NCBI GenBank assembly: GCA_945877085.1
Contig: CAMCQV010000001.1
Coordinates: 20,221-84,220, forward strand
Length of the DNA: 64,000 bases
Origin: Chitinophaga pinensis
GTDB taxonomy: Bacteria > Bacteroidota > Bacteroidia > Chitinophagales > Chitinophagaceae
Reading direction: 5' to 3'
The notes under the pieces are model-generated. The model worked only from the letters and a program-made list of their open reading frames with translations, ran no database searches and was not told the origin of the DNA. Of the stretch, positions 1 to 10,254 are shown one piece after another. The first letter of the stretch is position 1, and each line of letters begins with the position of its first letter. Both the position numbers and the translations under genes were made by a program.

Positions 1-549
1 TAAAGGAGTGATGTCTTCGCATTGTGTCAATGATTCATTGAACCAACCATTTTTCCCACTACCATAAAAAGTAGGGAAGTTCAATTGATCTTCGGTTGCA
101 TCCAAGTTAAAGAACAATTCAAATACTGCATCATGCACTTCGTCAGGACGACAGTTTTCTTTGTCCACTTTATTGATGATTACAATTGGTTTTAAATTCA
201 ATTGCAATGCTTTTTGTAATACGAAACGAGTTTGAGGCATTGGTCCTTCAAAAGCATCCACCAACAAACAAACACCGTCTGCCATTTTCAAAACACGCTC
301 TACTTCACCACCAAAGTCAGAGTGACCTGGGGTATCGATGACGTTAATTTTTACACCTTTATAGGTTACTGAAGCGTTCTTACTTAAGATAGTAATACCT
401 CTTTCACGCTCTAACTCGTTGCTATCCATGATCAAGTCTCCAGTCTCCTGGTTGTCTCTGAATACTTTAGTTGCGTGTAAAATTTTGTCTACCAAGGTTG
501 TTTTACCGTGGTCAACGTGCGCGATAATCGCGATGTTTCTTATTTCCAT
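1..549 (-). CDS. typA: Translational GTPase TypA/BipA (N-terminal part; runs off window start)
   Basis: Not in the ORF track. Manual translation from ATG at 549 gives [22 protein letters not shown]...[16 protein letters not shown]...[16 protein letters not shown]...INKVD. Confidence 0.95.
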   Translation of the reverse strand, partial: MEIRNIAIIAHVDHGKTTLVDKILHATKVFRDNQETGDLIMDSNELERERGITILSKNASVTYKGVKINVIDTPGHSDFGGEVERVLKMADGVCLLVDAFEGPMPQTRFVLQKALQLNLKPIVIINKVDKENCRPDEVHDAVFELFFNLDATEDQLNFPTFYGSGKNGWFNESLTQCEDITPL

Positions 550-566
550 GTACTGTTTTGAGGGTG

Positions 567-574
567 CAAAGGTA
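567..574 (-). promoter_or_regulatory. Bacteroidota -7 promoter element (TACCTTTG) upstream of typA
   Basis: Exact TAnnTTTG match 17 nt before the ATG. Confidence 0.65.
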
Positions 575-625
575 CGCCGTTTACAGTCCTAAAAAAAACA
601 ATTGGGAAAAAAGGACGATTAAGCT

Positions 626-1720
626 TTAGATACGAATATATATTTTAAATTTATCTAATACATAACCCAATAGCCAGCAAAGCAACATGAAGGAAATAGC
701 AAAGAATAGGGATCCCCAATAGGGGTTAAATTGTGTGAACCCTTTTTGATACAACCAGTCAAATGCGCTTGAATAACCAGTAGGCCCATTTAATAAATTC
801 AAACTAATGAGTAAAATCTCTGAAAAAAGGTAGATTACGAGCGGATTTTTACCAAAAATTCCAAAAAATCTCGAAAACTGATGTTGACGATGTATGTCTA
901 CCCTGTATATGATGGTAGCCAATATGATCATATTTAATCCAATGGTTAGCACTACAAAAGAACTTGTCCAAAGTTTTTTGTTGATAGGGAATTCAAAATT
1001 CCACATAAAGGCTAAGAATAAGAAGCCAGCACCCCACATAAATAAGTGCGTTAACCCTTCATAGGTTTTCCCGCTTGTTTGTACAAAATTACCTATGATA
1101 AAGCCCACTAAAATATTTACAATCGCTGGCAAAGTGCTAAGCAATCCTTCTGGATCAAAAGCAATGCCCTCACCTTGGTATAAATGATTTGGCCCAAGCA
1201 AGTAAAGGTCTAACTTTAAAACAGCATTCCCAGTTAAACTAAACGGGTCTCCTGGTTGTCCATAACGGACTGCAAGATACCAGTAGGTCAATAACAGCAC
1301 TGCTGTCAAAACCTTGACCACTCTTTCATGCATAAAATGTGCAATCAAAGCTGCAAAAAAATATGCCAGTGCAATACGTTGTAAAACACCCAAAATTCTA
1401 GTATCCTGCAAGTCTCCTGTGAACGGAAACCAGTACATTAAAAAGCCTAGTACGAATAAAATAAAACTACGTTTGAAAATGTTAAAAAGCAGTTTTGCTC
1501 TACCCGCTTTTTCTAAATTGGGTAAAACAAAACTAAGTGAGTTGCCTATTGCAAATAAAAAGGATGGGAAAACTAAGTCGGTCGGTGTAAAACCATGCCA
1601 GCTTGCATGTCTAAAAGGTGCAAAAGTATGCAATGCGTCTCCTGGTGTATTGACAATGATCATCAAACAAATTGTCATACCGCGAAAAACATCCAATGAT
1701 AAAAACCTTTCTTTATTCAT
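626..1720 (-). CDS. HGSNAT/NagX-like membrane acyltransferase (heparan-alpha-glucosaminide N-acetyltransferase family)
   Basis: RFLSLDVFRG, HASWHGFTPTDLVFPSFLF, GVLQRIA, FDPEGLLST and PINKKLWTSS motifs; multiple TM helices. Confidence 0.85.
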   Translation of the reverse strand: MNKERFLSLDVFRGMTICLMIIVNTPGDALHTFAPFRHASWHGFTPTDLVFPSFLFAIGNSLSFVLPNLEKAGRAKLLFNIFKRSFILFVLGFLMYWFPFTGDLQDTRILGVLQRIALAYFFAALIAHFMHERVVKVLTAVLLLTYWYLAVRYGQPGDPFSLTGNAVLKLDLYLLGPNHLYQGEGIAFDPEGLLSTLPAIVNILVGFIIGNFVQTSGKTYEGLTHLFMWGAGFLFLAFMWNFEFPINKKLWTSSFVVLTIGLNMIILATIIYRVDIHRQHQFSRFFGIFGKNPLVIYLFSEILLISLNLLNGPTGYSSAFDWLYQKGFTQFNPYWGSLFFAISFMLLCWLLGYVLDKFKIYIRI

Positions 1721-1800
1721 AACTGCAATTTAATGGATTTAGATCAGCAAAATATTTTTTTAAGGCCTTCAAAATAACTAGCTTTAAAAAAAATAATCCA

Positions 1801-2784
1801 ATGCGTGTACTAAAAATAGCCATTCTCTCCGTTTTTGCTTTAATTGTTATTTATTTTTTAGGTCCTAAGCCTTCAACTCCTGTTTTTAATAATGAATTGC
1901 CAACAGTTGCAAACATCAATTCCCTTGATGCTTATATCACTGCAATGGAATCGCCTTATAAGATTAAACCCAACAATCAAGCTAAAATTATTTGGGCAGA
2001 CAGCAGTAAAACACAAACAGAATATGCCATTGTCTATTTACACGGTTTTAGTGCAAGCCAAATGGAAGGCGATCCAGTGCACCAAAATATTGCAAAACAA
2101 TTTCATTGTAATTTATACTTAGCAAGATTAGCAGAACATGGTATTGATACCACGGAAGACCTTATGAATTTAACTGCCGAAAAATACTGGGAGTCAGCAA
2201 AATTGGCCTATGCAATTGGAAAACAAATTGGCAAGAAAGTAATTTTAATGAGTACTTCTACTGGTGGTACTTTAGCATTGCAATTGGCAGCTAATTATCC
2301 AGAAATTGGAGGCTTAATTTTATATTCACCCAACATTGAAGTATTTAATCCATCTGCACCATTGTTAAATAATCCATGGGGCTTACAGATAGGCAGAACT
2401 GTTTTAAAAAGTAATTATGTAGATATTAAATATAAGGACAGCGCTTACCCAAAATATTGGAATACCCATTACAGAATAGAAGCCGTTGTTGCTTTGCAGA
2501 ATTTATTAGAAGCTACTATGACAGAAACTACATTTAAGAAAATTCATCAACCAACATTGGCATTGTATTATTATAAAGACGAAGCCAATCAAGACAATGT
2601 AGTGAAAGTAAATGCGATTCAAAAAATGATGCAACAAATTGCTACTCCATCCAATTTAAAAATGGAAATGGCCATGCCAAATACTGGGAATCATGTCATT
2701 GCTTCGCCAATCGTTTCAAAAGATATTGTAAGTGTGGAAAAAGCCACTGCAAAATTCATGCAAGATATCATTATAAAACAATAG
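1801..2784 (+). CDS. Membrane-anchored alpha/beta hydrolase
   Basis: N-terminal hydrophobic anchor, YLHGFSAS, nucleophile elbow STSTGG, C-terminal Asp (QDNVV) and His (GNHVI). Confidence 0.8.
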   Translation: MRVLKIAILSVFALIVIYFLGPKPSTPVFNNELPTVANINSLDAYITAMESPYKIKPNNQAKIIWADSSKTQTEYAIVYLHGFSASQMEGDPVHQNIAKQFHCNLYLARLAEHGIDTTEDLMNLTAEKYWESAKLAYAIGKQIGKKVILMSTSTGGTLALQLAANYPEIGGLILYSPNIEVFNPSAPLLNNPWGLQIGRTVLKSNYVDIKYKDSAYPKYWNTHYRIEAVVALQNLLEATMTETTFKKIHQPTLALYYYKDEANQDNVVKVNAIQKMMQQIATPSNLKMEMAMPNTGNHVIASPIVSKDIVSVEKATAKFMQDIIIKQ

Positions 2785-2811
2785 CCAACATCTTGTTGGC
2801 TATTGTTTTAT
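2773..2811. terminator. Bidirectional intrinsic terminator
   Basis: Perfect 18-bp inverted repeat ATAAAACAATAGCCAACA-tct-TGTTGGCTATTGTTTTAT between convergent genes. Confidence 0.85.
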
Positions 2812-2835
2812 CTGATCCTATATTCTAAATCTATT

Positions 2836-5800
2836 TTAATTTAAGTTTCGCTTATGCTTACTAGACAAATAAGTATACACTGCCGGGATCACAAATAAAG
2901 TTAAAATTAAAGAGAACATTAGACCTCCCACAATAACTGTACCTAAAGGCTTTCTGCTAGTTGCAGCTGCACCTAAGCTAATGGCAATTGGCAATGCGCC
3001 CAATGCAGTTGCTAAGCTTGTCATTAAAATAGGTCTTAGACGTTGTGCTGCAGCTTCAAGGACAGCTTCCTTAATAGCTAAGCCAGCTTCTCTTTTCTTA
3101 TTGGCGAATTCCACAATTAAAATACCATTCTTGGTTACTAAACCAATCAACATGATGATTCCAATTTGGGAGAATATATTTAATGTTTGATCCAACAACC
3201 ATAATGAGATCAATGCACCAGCGATAGCCAATGGTACAGTAATCATGATGATAAAAGGATCTGTGAAACTTTCAAACTGAGCCGCAAGCACTAAATAAAT
3301 TAAAATCAATGCCAATAATAAAGCATAAGAAGTATTTGAAGCACTTTCTTTAAAGTCTCTAGAAGGACCACTCAAAGCAGTCAGAAAGCTTTCATCTAAT
3401 TGCTCTTTAGCAATACGCTCCATCGCATTCACACCATCACCAATTGTTTTACCTTCCGCTAAAGAAGCAGAAATGGTAGCAGAATTAAATCGATTGTAGT
3501 GGTATAGATTTGGAGGATTGCTATTCTCCTCAATCGTCAAAACACTCGAAATAGGAATACTTTCTCCACGACTATTTCTGATATAGATCTTACTGATATC
3601 GGTAGGTGTATTACGATCCGATTTAGGTACTTGCGTAATTACTTCGTATTGACGATCATTCATGATGAAATAAGCTGAACGTGCACCACTAAATGCAGAT
3701 TGCAATGCTTGTGATACATCTGCTGTAGATAAACCAAGGTCCTTGGCGCGCATACGATCAATTGTCAAATCTAATTCTGGTTTATTGAATTTTAAATTCA
3801 CATCGACGTTTTGGAATGTCTTGTCTTTTCTTGCTTCTTCTAAAAACTTAGGAATGACTTTTCTGATTTTTTGAAAATCTAAGTTTTGAATGATGAACTG
3901 CACTGGTAAAGAACCACGAGACATCATTCCAACAGAAATGGTTTGCTCTTCTACAGAGAAAATACGTACATTTTTGAAGCGTTTAAATTTCTTATTTAAA
4001 TCAGCAGCAATTTCTGATTGAGTCCTAATTCTTTCTTTAACATCCACCATACCTAATCTACCAGAGGCGCCGGTGTTTCCACCGCCCCATGCTGGCACAC
4101 TACCCCAAGTAAATGCGTGTTCAGGTATAGAATCTTGCATGATGCGAATTGCTTTTAATAAATCCGATTTTAAGTCTTCGTAACTTGTTCCTTCGGCAGC
4201 TGACATCGAAATACGAACAGAACTTTTATCTTCCATAGGTGCTAATTCGCTTTGAATATTTTTTCCAACAAGAAAAATTAACACAAAACAAATGCCTACA
4301 ATCACCCATGCCATCCATCTAATTTGTAAAAATTTGGCAAGCCCATTTCTGTAACCTTGTTCCATCCCTTTAAAAAAGGGTTCAGTACGCTCATAAAATT
4401 TGCCGTGTTGTCCGCCATTTCTGTTCAGGTAAACATTCAATACTGGCGTAATGGTTAGGGAAACAAATGCTGAAATCAAAACAGCACCTGCCACCACGAC
4501 ACCAAATTCTTTGAATAAGGATCCCACAAAACCTTGTAAGAAAATTACAGGCAAGAATACAACGGCCAATGTAATTGAGGTTGATATTACTGCAAAGAAA
4601 ATTTCTTTACTACCCTCTCTTGCAGCATCTTTGATAGGGAGTCCTTCTTCTAATTTTCTGAAAATATTTTCTGTGACCACAATTCCGTCATCTACAACAA
4701 GTCCAGTTGCTAAAACGATCGCTAATAAAGTCAAAACGTTAATTGAAAATCCTGCCAAATACATAATAAAGAAAGTAGCGATCAAAGAAATTGGAATATC
4801 TATCAATGGACGTATTGCAATCAGCCAATTTCTGAAGAAGAAGAAGATCACCAATACCACCAGCGTAAATGAAATCACAATTGTTTCTTTCACTTCTGAT
4901 AAAGCACGACGTACATTCTTGGTATTATCAATAGGTATTGCAAATTCTATATCTGATTTATTTTGTGCTTTTACTTCTTCTAATCTTTTATAAAATTCGT
5001 CAGCAATATTAATTTGGTTCGCACCTGGCTGTGGTGAAATGGACAACATCACAACAGGTACGCCATTGAAATATGTACCTTGATCTTCTTGCTCTGGACC
5101 CAATTCTACTTTTGCGATATCCCCTAATCTAACTATGCCATCTGTATCTTCTTTGATAATGATATTTCTAAAGTCTGCCTCAGTCGACAATCTACCTAAT
5201 GTACGAATAATAAATTCAGTTTTATTTCCATATATACGTCCAGCAGGTAATTCTACATTTTCTCTATTTAAGGCAGTTTGAATATCATTAAAAGCAATAC
5301 CAAATGCGCTCAATAAATCTGTATTAGGTGAAATACGCATAGCTATTCTTTTTCCACGCACATTTACACTACTTACTTCATCAATCGTCTGAAACCTTTG
5401 TTGCAAGACATTCTCAGCATATTCAGTTAATTCTAATAAACCTTTAGTTTTACTTCTTAATGTAAGCATTAAAATAAAATCTCCACTTGCATCTGCTTTT
5501 GAAACCACAGGAGGGTTATTGATATCCTCAGGTAAACTTCTTGTGGCCTGTGAAACTTTATCCCTTACATCATTCGCTGCAGTTTCTAAATTCACACCTA
5601 AGTTGAACTCGACAGTGATATTTGAATTACCAACAGAACTAGAAGAATTGATGGTGCGAATTCCAGGGATACCGTTAATTGCTTTCTCTAAAGGTTCGGT
5701 AATTTGACTCTGAATCACTTCTGAATTAGCACCTGTGTAAGATGTTTGCACTGAAACGATAGGTGGATCAATCGCAGGATATTCTCTTAATGCCAAGAAA

Positions 5801-5889
5801 GAATAACCTACCAAACCAAAAATGATAATCGCAATATTCATCACAGTGGCTAACACTGGACGTTTTAAAGAGAGTTCCGAAATATTCAT
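2836..5889 (-). CDS. RND efflux transporter permease (AcrB/AcrD/AcrF family)
   Basis: 1017 aa; KRPVLA, GLVVDDGIVVTENI, KNGILIVEFA and RLRPILMT motifs. Confidence 0.95.
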   Translation of the reverse strand: MNISELSLKRPVLATVMNIAIIIFGLVGYSFLALREYPAIDPPIVSVQTSYTGANSEVIQSQITEPLEKAINGIPGIRTINSSSSVGNSNITVEFNLGVNLETAANDVRDKVSQATRSLPEDINNPPVVSKADASGDFILMLTLRSKTKGLLELTEYAENVLQQRFQTIDEVSSVNVRGKRIAMRISPNTDLLSAFGIAFNDIQTALNRENVELPAGRIYGNKTEFIIRTLGRLSTEADFRNIIIKEDTDGIVRLGDIAKVELGPEQEDQGTYFNGVPVVMLSISPQPGANQINIADEFYKRLEEVKAQNKSDIEFAIPIDNTKNVRRALSEVKETIVISFTLVVLVIFFFFRNWLIAIRPLIDIPISLIATFFIMYLAGFSINVLTLLAIVLATGLVVDDGIVVTENIFRKLEEGLPIKDAAREGSKEIFFAVISTSITLAVVFLPVIFLQGFVGSLFKEFGVVVAGAVLISAFVSLTITPVLNVYLNRNGGQHGKFYERTEPFFKGMEQGYRNGLAKFLQIRWMAWVIVGICFVLIFLVGKNIQSELAPMEDKSSVRISMSAAEGTSYEDLKSDLLKAIRIMQDSIPEHAFTWGSVPAWGGGNTGASGRLGMVDVKERIRTQSEIAADLNKKFKRFKNVRIFSVEEQTISVGMMSRGSLPVQFIIQNLDFQKIRKVIPKFLEEARKDKTFQNVDVNLKFNKPELDLTIDRMRAKDLGLSTADVSQALQSAFSGARSAYFIMNDRQYEVITQVPKSDRNTPTDISKIYIRNSRGESIPISSVLTIEENSNPPNLYHYNRFNSATISASLAEGKTIGDGVNAMERIAKEQLDESFLTALSGPSRDFKESASNTSYALLLALILIYLVLAAQFESFTDPFIIMITVPLAIAGALISLWLLDQTLNIFSQIGIIMLIGLVTKNGILIVEFANKKREAGLAIKEAVLEAAAQRLRPILMTSLATALGALPIAISLGAAATSRKPLGTVIVGGLMFSLILTLFVIPAVYTYLSSKHKRNLN

Positions 5890-5913
5890 CTCAAAAATGT
5901 ATTAATTGTGAGC

Positions 5914-6963
5914 CTACTTGATGATGTCAACAAGTGGCAATGTCTTCCCGATTTTTAAATCACTTCCGTCTCTTACAAAAAGCATTCCTGCAATAATCAA
6001 GCTATCTCCAACTTGAATACCAGATGTAATTTCAACACCAGAAGCAGTACGATAGCCTGTCTCCACATTGACAAATTTTGCTTTACCATTCTTCACCACT
6101 ACCAATTGTTTTACTTTAGAATCAGGGATGATGATATTAGATGGAACCAAAATACTTGGCTTTTGTTGATGCTCCCCAAGAAATACTTTTGTAAAAGCAC
6201 CTGGTATCAACTTGCCTTGTAAATTAGCACGTACTTTAATATTACGAGATGTAGCAATAATCTGAGGCTCAATTGCAGCAATGGTTGCAGACATTTTAAC
6301 ACCAGGATTGGCAATGCTTTCCACTGTTATCTTCTTACCAACTTTAATATAATCTTGATACAGTTCTGGTAAAGTAAAGTCTACTTTTAATTGATCTACT
6401 TTTTGTAAGGTAACAATCGTATTTGCTGTGCTGATGAATGCTCCAAGACTAACTTGCTTTAATCCAATCTGACCAGCAAAAGGTGCTTTAATCACTGTTT
6501 TATCAATTAAAGACTGCGTATAAGCCATGTCTGCTTTCAAACTATTGACTTGTTGCAAGCTAATATCATAATCACTTTGATTGATCCCTTTAGCTTGTAC
6601 TAATTTGTAATTTCTTTGCTCAGTGATTGTTGCTAATGCTAACTGCACTTTTATTTTTTGCATTTGAGCTTGTAAATCAGCATCATTTAATTTGGCTAGT
6701 ACGGTGCCCGCTGCCACCATTTTTCCTTCAGGAATTTGTAAAAAAACAATACGGCCATTGGTTTCGGGACGAATGTCTACAAATTCACTAGCCACCACTG
6801 AACCATTTACTTCAATCACTTTATCAATGACTTGCGATGCAGCAATTGCGATATCTACAGATATTGGTGCATTCGGATTGAATTTATCAGTTGGCTTTGT
6901 TTTTTCCTTACAAGCAAACAATCCTAAGATGAGGATGAAGGCTACATAATTTAACTTTCTCAA
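5914..6963 (-). CDS. RND periplasmic adaptor (membrane fusion protein), lipoprotein
   Basis: Lipobox LFAC, biotinyl-lipoyl-like halves (IKAPFAGQIG); directly upstream of the RND permease. Confidence 0.92.
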   Translation of the reverse strand: MRKLNYVAFILILGLFACKEKTKPTDKFNPNAPISVDIAIAASQVIDKVIEVNGSVVASEFVDIRPETNGRIVFLQIPEGKMVAAGTVLAKLNDADLQAQMQKIKVQLALATITEQRNYKLVQAKGINQSDYDISLQQVNSLKADMAYTQSLIDKTVIKAPFAGQIGLKQVSLGAFISTANTIVTLQKVDQLKVDFTLPELYQDYIKVGKKITVESIANPGVKMSATIAAIEPQIIATSRNIKVRANLQGKLIPGAFTKVFLGEHQQKPSILVPSNIIIPDSKVKQLVVVKNGKAKFVNVETGYRTASGVEITSGIQVGDSLIIAGMLFVRDGSDLKIGKTLPLVDIIK

Positions 6964-7036
6964 ATTGGTCTAATTTTAGTGAATAAAGATAGCTAAAATG
7001 CCATGTTTTAGGAAAGAAAATAGATGAATGGTTGAA

Positions 7037-7768
7037 TTATCGGCCTTGGTTAAATTGAATGAGTTTCTGTTGAATGAAATAGCCCAATTCAAGGTCGTTT
7101 AACAAAGCTAGGGTTGGATAGGATGGTTTGCAGTATTCCATAAACACGTCCAGCCTTGGACCATCTAATTTTGTTAGCTTTTGGACGAAGCGCTTGGTAA
7201 AGCGGTAATTGATATACTTTTCCTGTTCCTGGTACAATAGTCTGTTTTGCAAAAATTGGAGGTTTCGGTTTCGCTTGAACCTAAACATATTTATAATTTC
7301 ATTGACATCGAAGCCAATTGTAACTCCTCCATTTCCAAAAAAGTTTTGTTGGTTACTTAGTTTCAATCCAGGAGGCTCATAATTAAAGTATTTGGCGTAA
7401 TCTATCCTATTTTGAATGGAATCATACCTGTAATAACTATTGCGAACTCTCACTTCTGGAAGATCGAAACCAGTCACATGAATCATGATATTAAAATTAC
7501 TAGGATCCTCCACTTGATCTAGCGAGAATTTTTGGGTGTTTTTCCCAAACAAAGAAAATGTTAAAGAGTCTTTTGCTTGAATGGTGATTAAATACCTACC
7601 CAAAGAATCGGTTTGTGTCCTACTGTATTTAGTGTAAACCATCACTGCTTCAATTGGCATTCTTCCAGATATATCATAGACCACGCCACTAATGGTTCGC
7701 ATCTGACCCTTAACCGAGGAAAGAGTAACACAGTTCAATAATAAAAATAGTAAGATGCTTTGCTTCAT
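7037..7768 (-). CDS. Secreted protein with carboxypeptidase-regulatory-like domain (conserved Bacteroidota hypothetical)
   Basis: Signal peptide MKQSILLFLLL (start moved to ATG 7768); ISGVVYD...TQTDSLGRY...DSLTFS pattern. Confidence 0.7.
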   Translation of the reverse strand: MKQSILLFLLLNCVTLSSVKGQMRTISGVVYDISGRMPIEAVMVYTKYSRTQTDSLGRYLITIQAKDSLTFSLFGKNTQKFSLDQVEDPSNFNIMIHVTGFDLPEVRVRNSYYRYDSIQNRIDYAKYFNYEPPGLKLSNQQNFFGNGGVTIGFDVNEIINMFRFKRNRNLQFLQNRLLYQEQEKYINYRFTKRFVQKLTKLDGPRLDVFMEYCKPSYPTLALLNDLELGYFIQQKLIQFNQGR

Positions 7769-7808
7769 GAATGGCTGTAAAAATAAACAATTCAAGTCTA
7801 TATGGATG

Positions 7809-9083
7809 TTAAAATATAGCTGGCCAAAAAGATAACAATGCGCCCAAGAGTATGGTCCCTAAAACGACCCATTGTGGGGCAATTTTATAACGCACAAGTA
7901 CAATTGCAGTTGTACAAAAAACAAATAAGTAAACCCCAATATTCCAACCAGTCATAATGCCTAAATCAAATACAATATCTTTTAATAAAAACAAGGTTGC
8001 TCCCAGCATAATGCCCACCACAGCGGCATAGATCCCTTCCAATGACCGATAAAACAACGCATACTTTTTTAGTTTCTGCCAAATGGGGAAAAAGAATAAG
8101 ACAATTAAAAAGCTTGGTAAAAAAACGCCAATACTAGCCACCACAGCTCCTATCACCTGTCCGCCTATTCCTTTTTCTTCTAAAGCCAATGCGCCGGTAA
8201 AACTTGCAATAGAAAAAATTGGACCAGGAATGGCCCTAACAATTCCAGAACCTGTTAAAAAAGCGGCACTATTTATTTTTAACACATCTCTTTTACTTTC
8301 TTTAACCTGTTCGGTGCTTGGACGCGTTACATATTGTTCATACATCATTGGAATTAACACATCACCCCCCCCAAATACAAAACTTCCAAATCGATAATTG
8401 TTTTCAAAGAGATTATATACTTTACGATGCTCCCAATTTTGACGTGTCGCTTGCTCAGATAAAAAACCTGCAGTAAGAAAAAATAAAATGAATAAATGTA
8501 AATGCACCCATTTAATTTGTTTAGGTGCAGCACCTTGATCGGGAATTCTTTTATTGCTAAAATTGGTGACAATGCCAGCTAAAACAATTACAACGGGTAT
8601 CGTCCAAGGGGTTTTAAAACCAACTAGCGTAAGCACACATGCAAAGCCAAAAACAAAAAGGGTAATGGTATTATTAATTGCTTTTTTATATAAAAGGTAG
8701 GTGGCGCTGGCTATAAAACCAATCACCATTGGTTGTAATAAATGCAAGGTTTTTAGCACCGGTTGTAAATCAAAATGGGTATAGGCAATCGCTAGACTAG
8801 CCATAAAACTAGTGGCTGGTAAAATCCATATAAGTAAAGTGATGAGGGCTAAGGGAAAACCGCCTCTTTTAAATGCAATCAAAACAATTGTTTGCGTAGA
8901 GGACGCCCCTGGTAGTAATTGGCAGAAAGCATTGTATTCCATCAATTCCTCCGAAGTAATATCTTTTCTTTTTTCAACAAATCGATGTTGTAGTAAGCCA
9001 ATATGCACTTGAGGACCACCAAAAGCGGTTAAGCTATGCTGGAACACAGCTTTTAAAAATGGTATATGTCTTAATAGGTACAA
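7809..9083 (-). CDS. chrA: Chromate efflux transporter (long-chain CHR family)
   Basis: TAFGGPQVH, CQLLPGASSTQ, FVFGGGDVL and AIPGP motifs. Confidence 0.9.
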   Translation of the reverse strand: MYLLRHIPFLKAVFQHSLTAFGGPQVHIGLLQHRFVEKRKDITSEELMEYNAFCQLLPGASSTQTIVLIAFKRGGFPLALITLLIWILPATSFMASLAIAYTHFDLQPVLKTLHLLQPMVIGFIASATYLLYKKAINNTITLFVFGFACVLTLVGFKTPWTIPVVIVLAGIVTNFSNKRIPDQGAAPKQIKWVHLHLFILFFLTAGFLSEQATRQNWEHRKVYNLFENNYRFGSFVFGGGDVLIPMMYEQYVTRPSTEQVKESKRDVLKINSAAFLTGSGIVRAIPGPIFSIASFTGALALEEKGIGGQVIGAVVASIGVFLPSFLIVLFFFPIWQKLKKYALFYRSLEGIYAAVVGIMLGATLFLLKDIVFDLGIMTGWNIGVYLFVFCTTAIVLVRYKIAPQWVVLGTILLGALLSFWPAIF

Positions 9084-9192
9084 ACAGATTGATTTATGTA
9101 AAAATAAAATAATTTATTTGCATCTAACACTTTTAATAAATTAACAGTCAAGTATATAAAAATTTAACTATGATAAATTGTATCTTTGCAGT

Positions 9193-10236
9193 ATGAGAAA
9201 TTTGTTTTTTTTAAGTGTTTTATTCATGGCTTATGGATGTGGTAAAAGCAATTATGCAACCTACCAGTCTGTTTATGCAAGTGTTAATTGGGAAGAGCAA
9301 CCAGACTATAGTCAATTGAAAAACTGGGCCGCTCATCCACTTAAAATAGACCCTTCTGACAGCGTACCAGCTAGTATTTTAACCAAGTACCAACCCAAAA
9401 GCTTAGCAGATGTGTTTTTTGTACATCCAACAACTTATTTAGATCCTGCTATGCCGAATGGTTGGTCTGCGTCTTTAAAAGATATTGCTTTAAACATTAA
9501 TACCGACTACACAACTATCTTGAGTCAAGCAAGTATATTTAATGAAGTGGGTATGGTCTATGCCCCAAGGTATCGACAAGCACATATCAACAGTTACTAT
9601 CCAGTTAATAAAATAGATACCATCAATGCATTGGCTGCATTTGAATTAGCGTATCAGGATGTGAAAAAAGCATTTGAATATTTTTTAACCAATCACAATC
9701 AAGGCAAACCCATCATCATTGCAGCACATAGTCAAGGAAGCACGCATGCTAAAAGATTACTAAAAGAATTTTTTGACGGAAAAGCATTGACAAAGCAATT
9801 GGTGTCTGCTTATATTGTAGGTATGGCAATTGACCCGAACGAATTTACAAATCTTAAAGCTTGTGCTAAGCCAACCGAAACCAGTTGCATCTGCGCATGG
9901 CGTACCTATAAAGAGGGCTATATTCCTGAGACTATTCAAAAGGAAAAATTCAATTCCATTGTGACAAATCCACTTAGTTGGGACAGAGAACAAATAAGAG
10001 TGAGTAGAAAAGTAAATCAAGGCGCTGTTTTGTATAACTTTAAAAAAGTCATACCTAATGTGGCTGCAGCAAATAACCATGAGGGTGTTTTATGGACACC
10101 TAAGCCTAAGTTTTTTGGAAATTTTTTATACAACACAAAGAATTATCATATAGCAGACTATAACTTATTCTACATGAGTGTTCGTAAAAATGCAATGGAC
10201 AGGGCTTTGCAATTTTCAAATAATGCCGCGAATTAA
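9193..10236 (+). CDS. DUF3089-like alpha/beta hydrolase lipoprotein
   Basis: Start moved to ATG 9193 (MRNLFF...YGC lipobox); DVFFVHPTTY, YAPRYRQA, AHSQG and YHIADY motifs. Confidence 0.8.
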   Translation: MRNLFFLSVLFMAYGCGKSNYATYQSVYASVNWEEQPDYSQLKNWAAHPLKIDPSDSVPASILTKYQPKSLADVFFVHPTTYLDPAMPNGWSASLKDIALNINTDYTTILSQASIFNEVGMVYAPRYRQAHINSYYPVNKIDTINALAAFELAYQDVKKAFEYFLTNHNQGKPIIIAAHSQGSTHAKRLLKEFFDGKALTKQLVSAYIVGMAIDPNEFTNLKACAKPTETSCICAWRTYKEGYIPETIQKEKFNSIVTNPLSWDREQIRVSRKVNQGAVLYNFKKVIPNVAAANNHEGVLWTPKPKFFGNFLYNTKNYHIADYNLFYMSVRKNAMDRALQFSNNAAN

Positions 10237-10254
10237 TTTTAAGAAGTAGGTGGA

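Noticed and set aside
2836-6963. RND pump without an adjacent TolC-like gene
   Set aside because: This is common; the outer-membrane channel is often encoded elsewhere.
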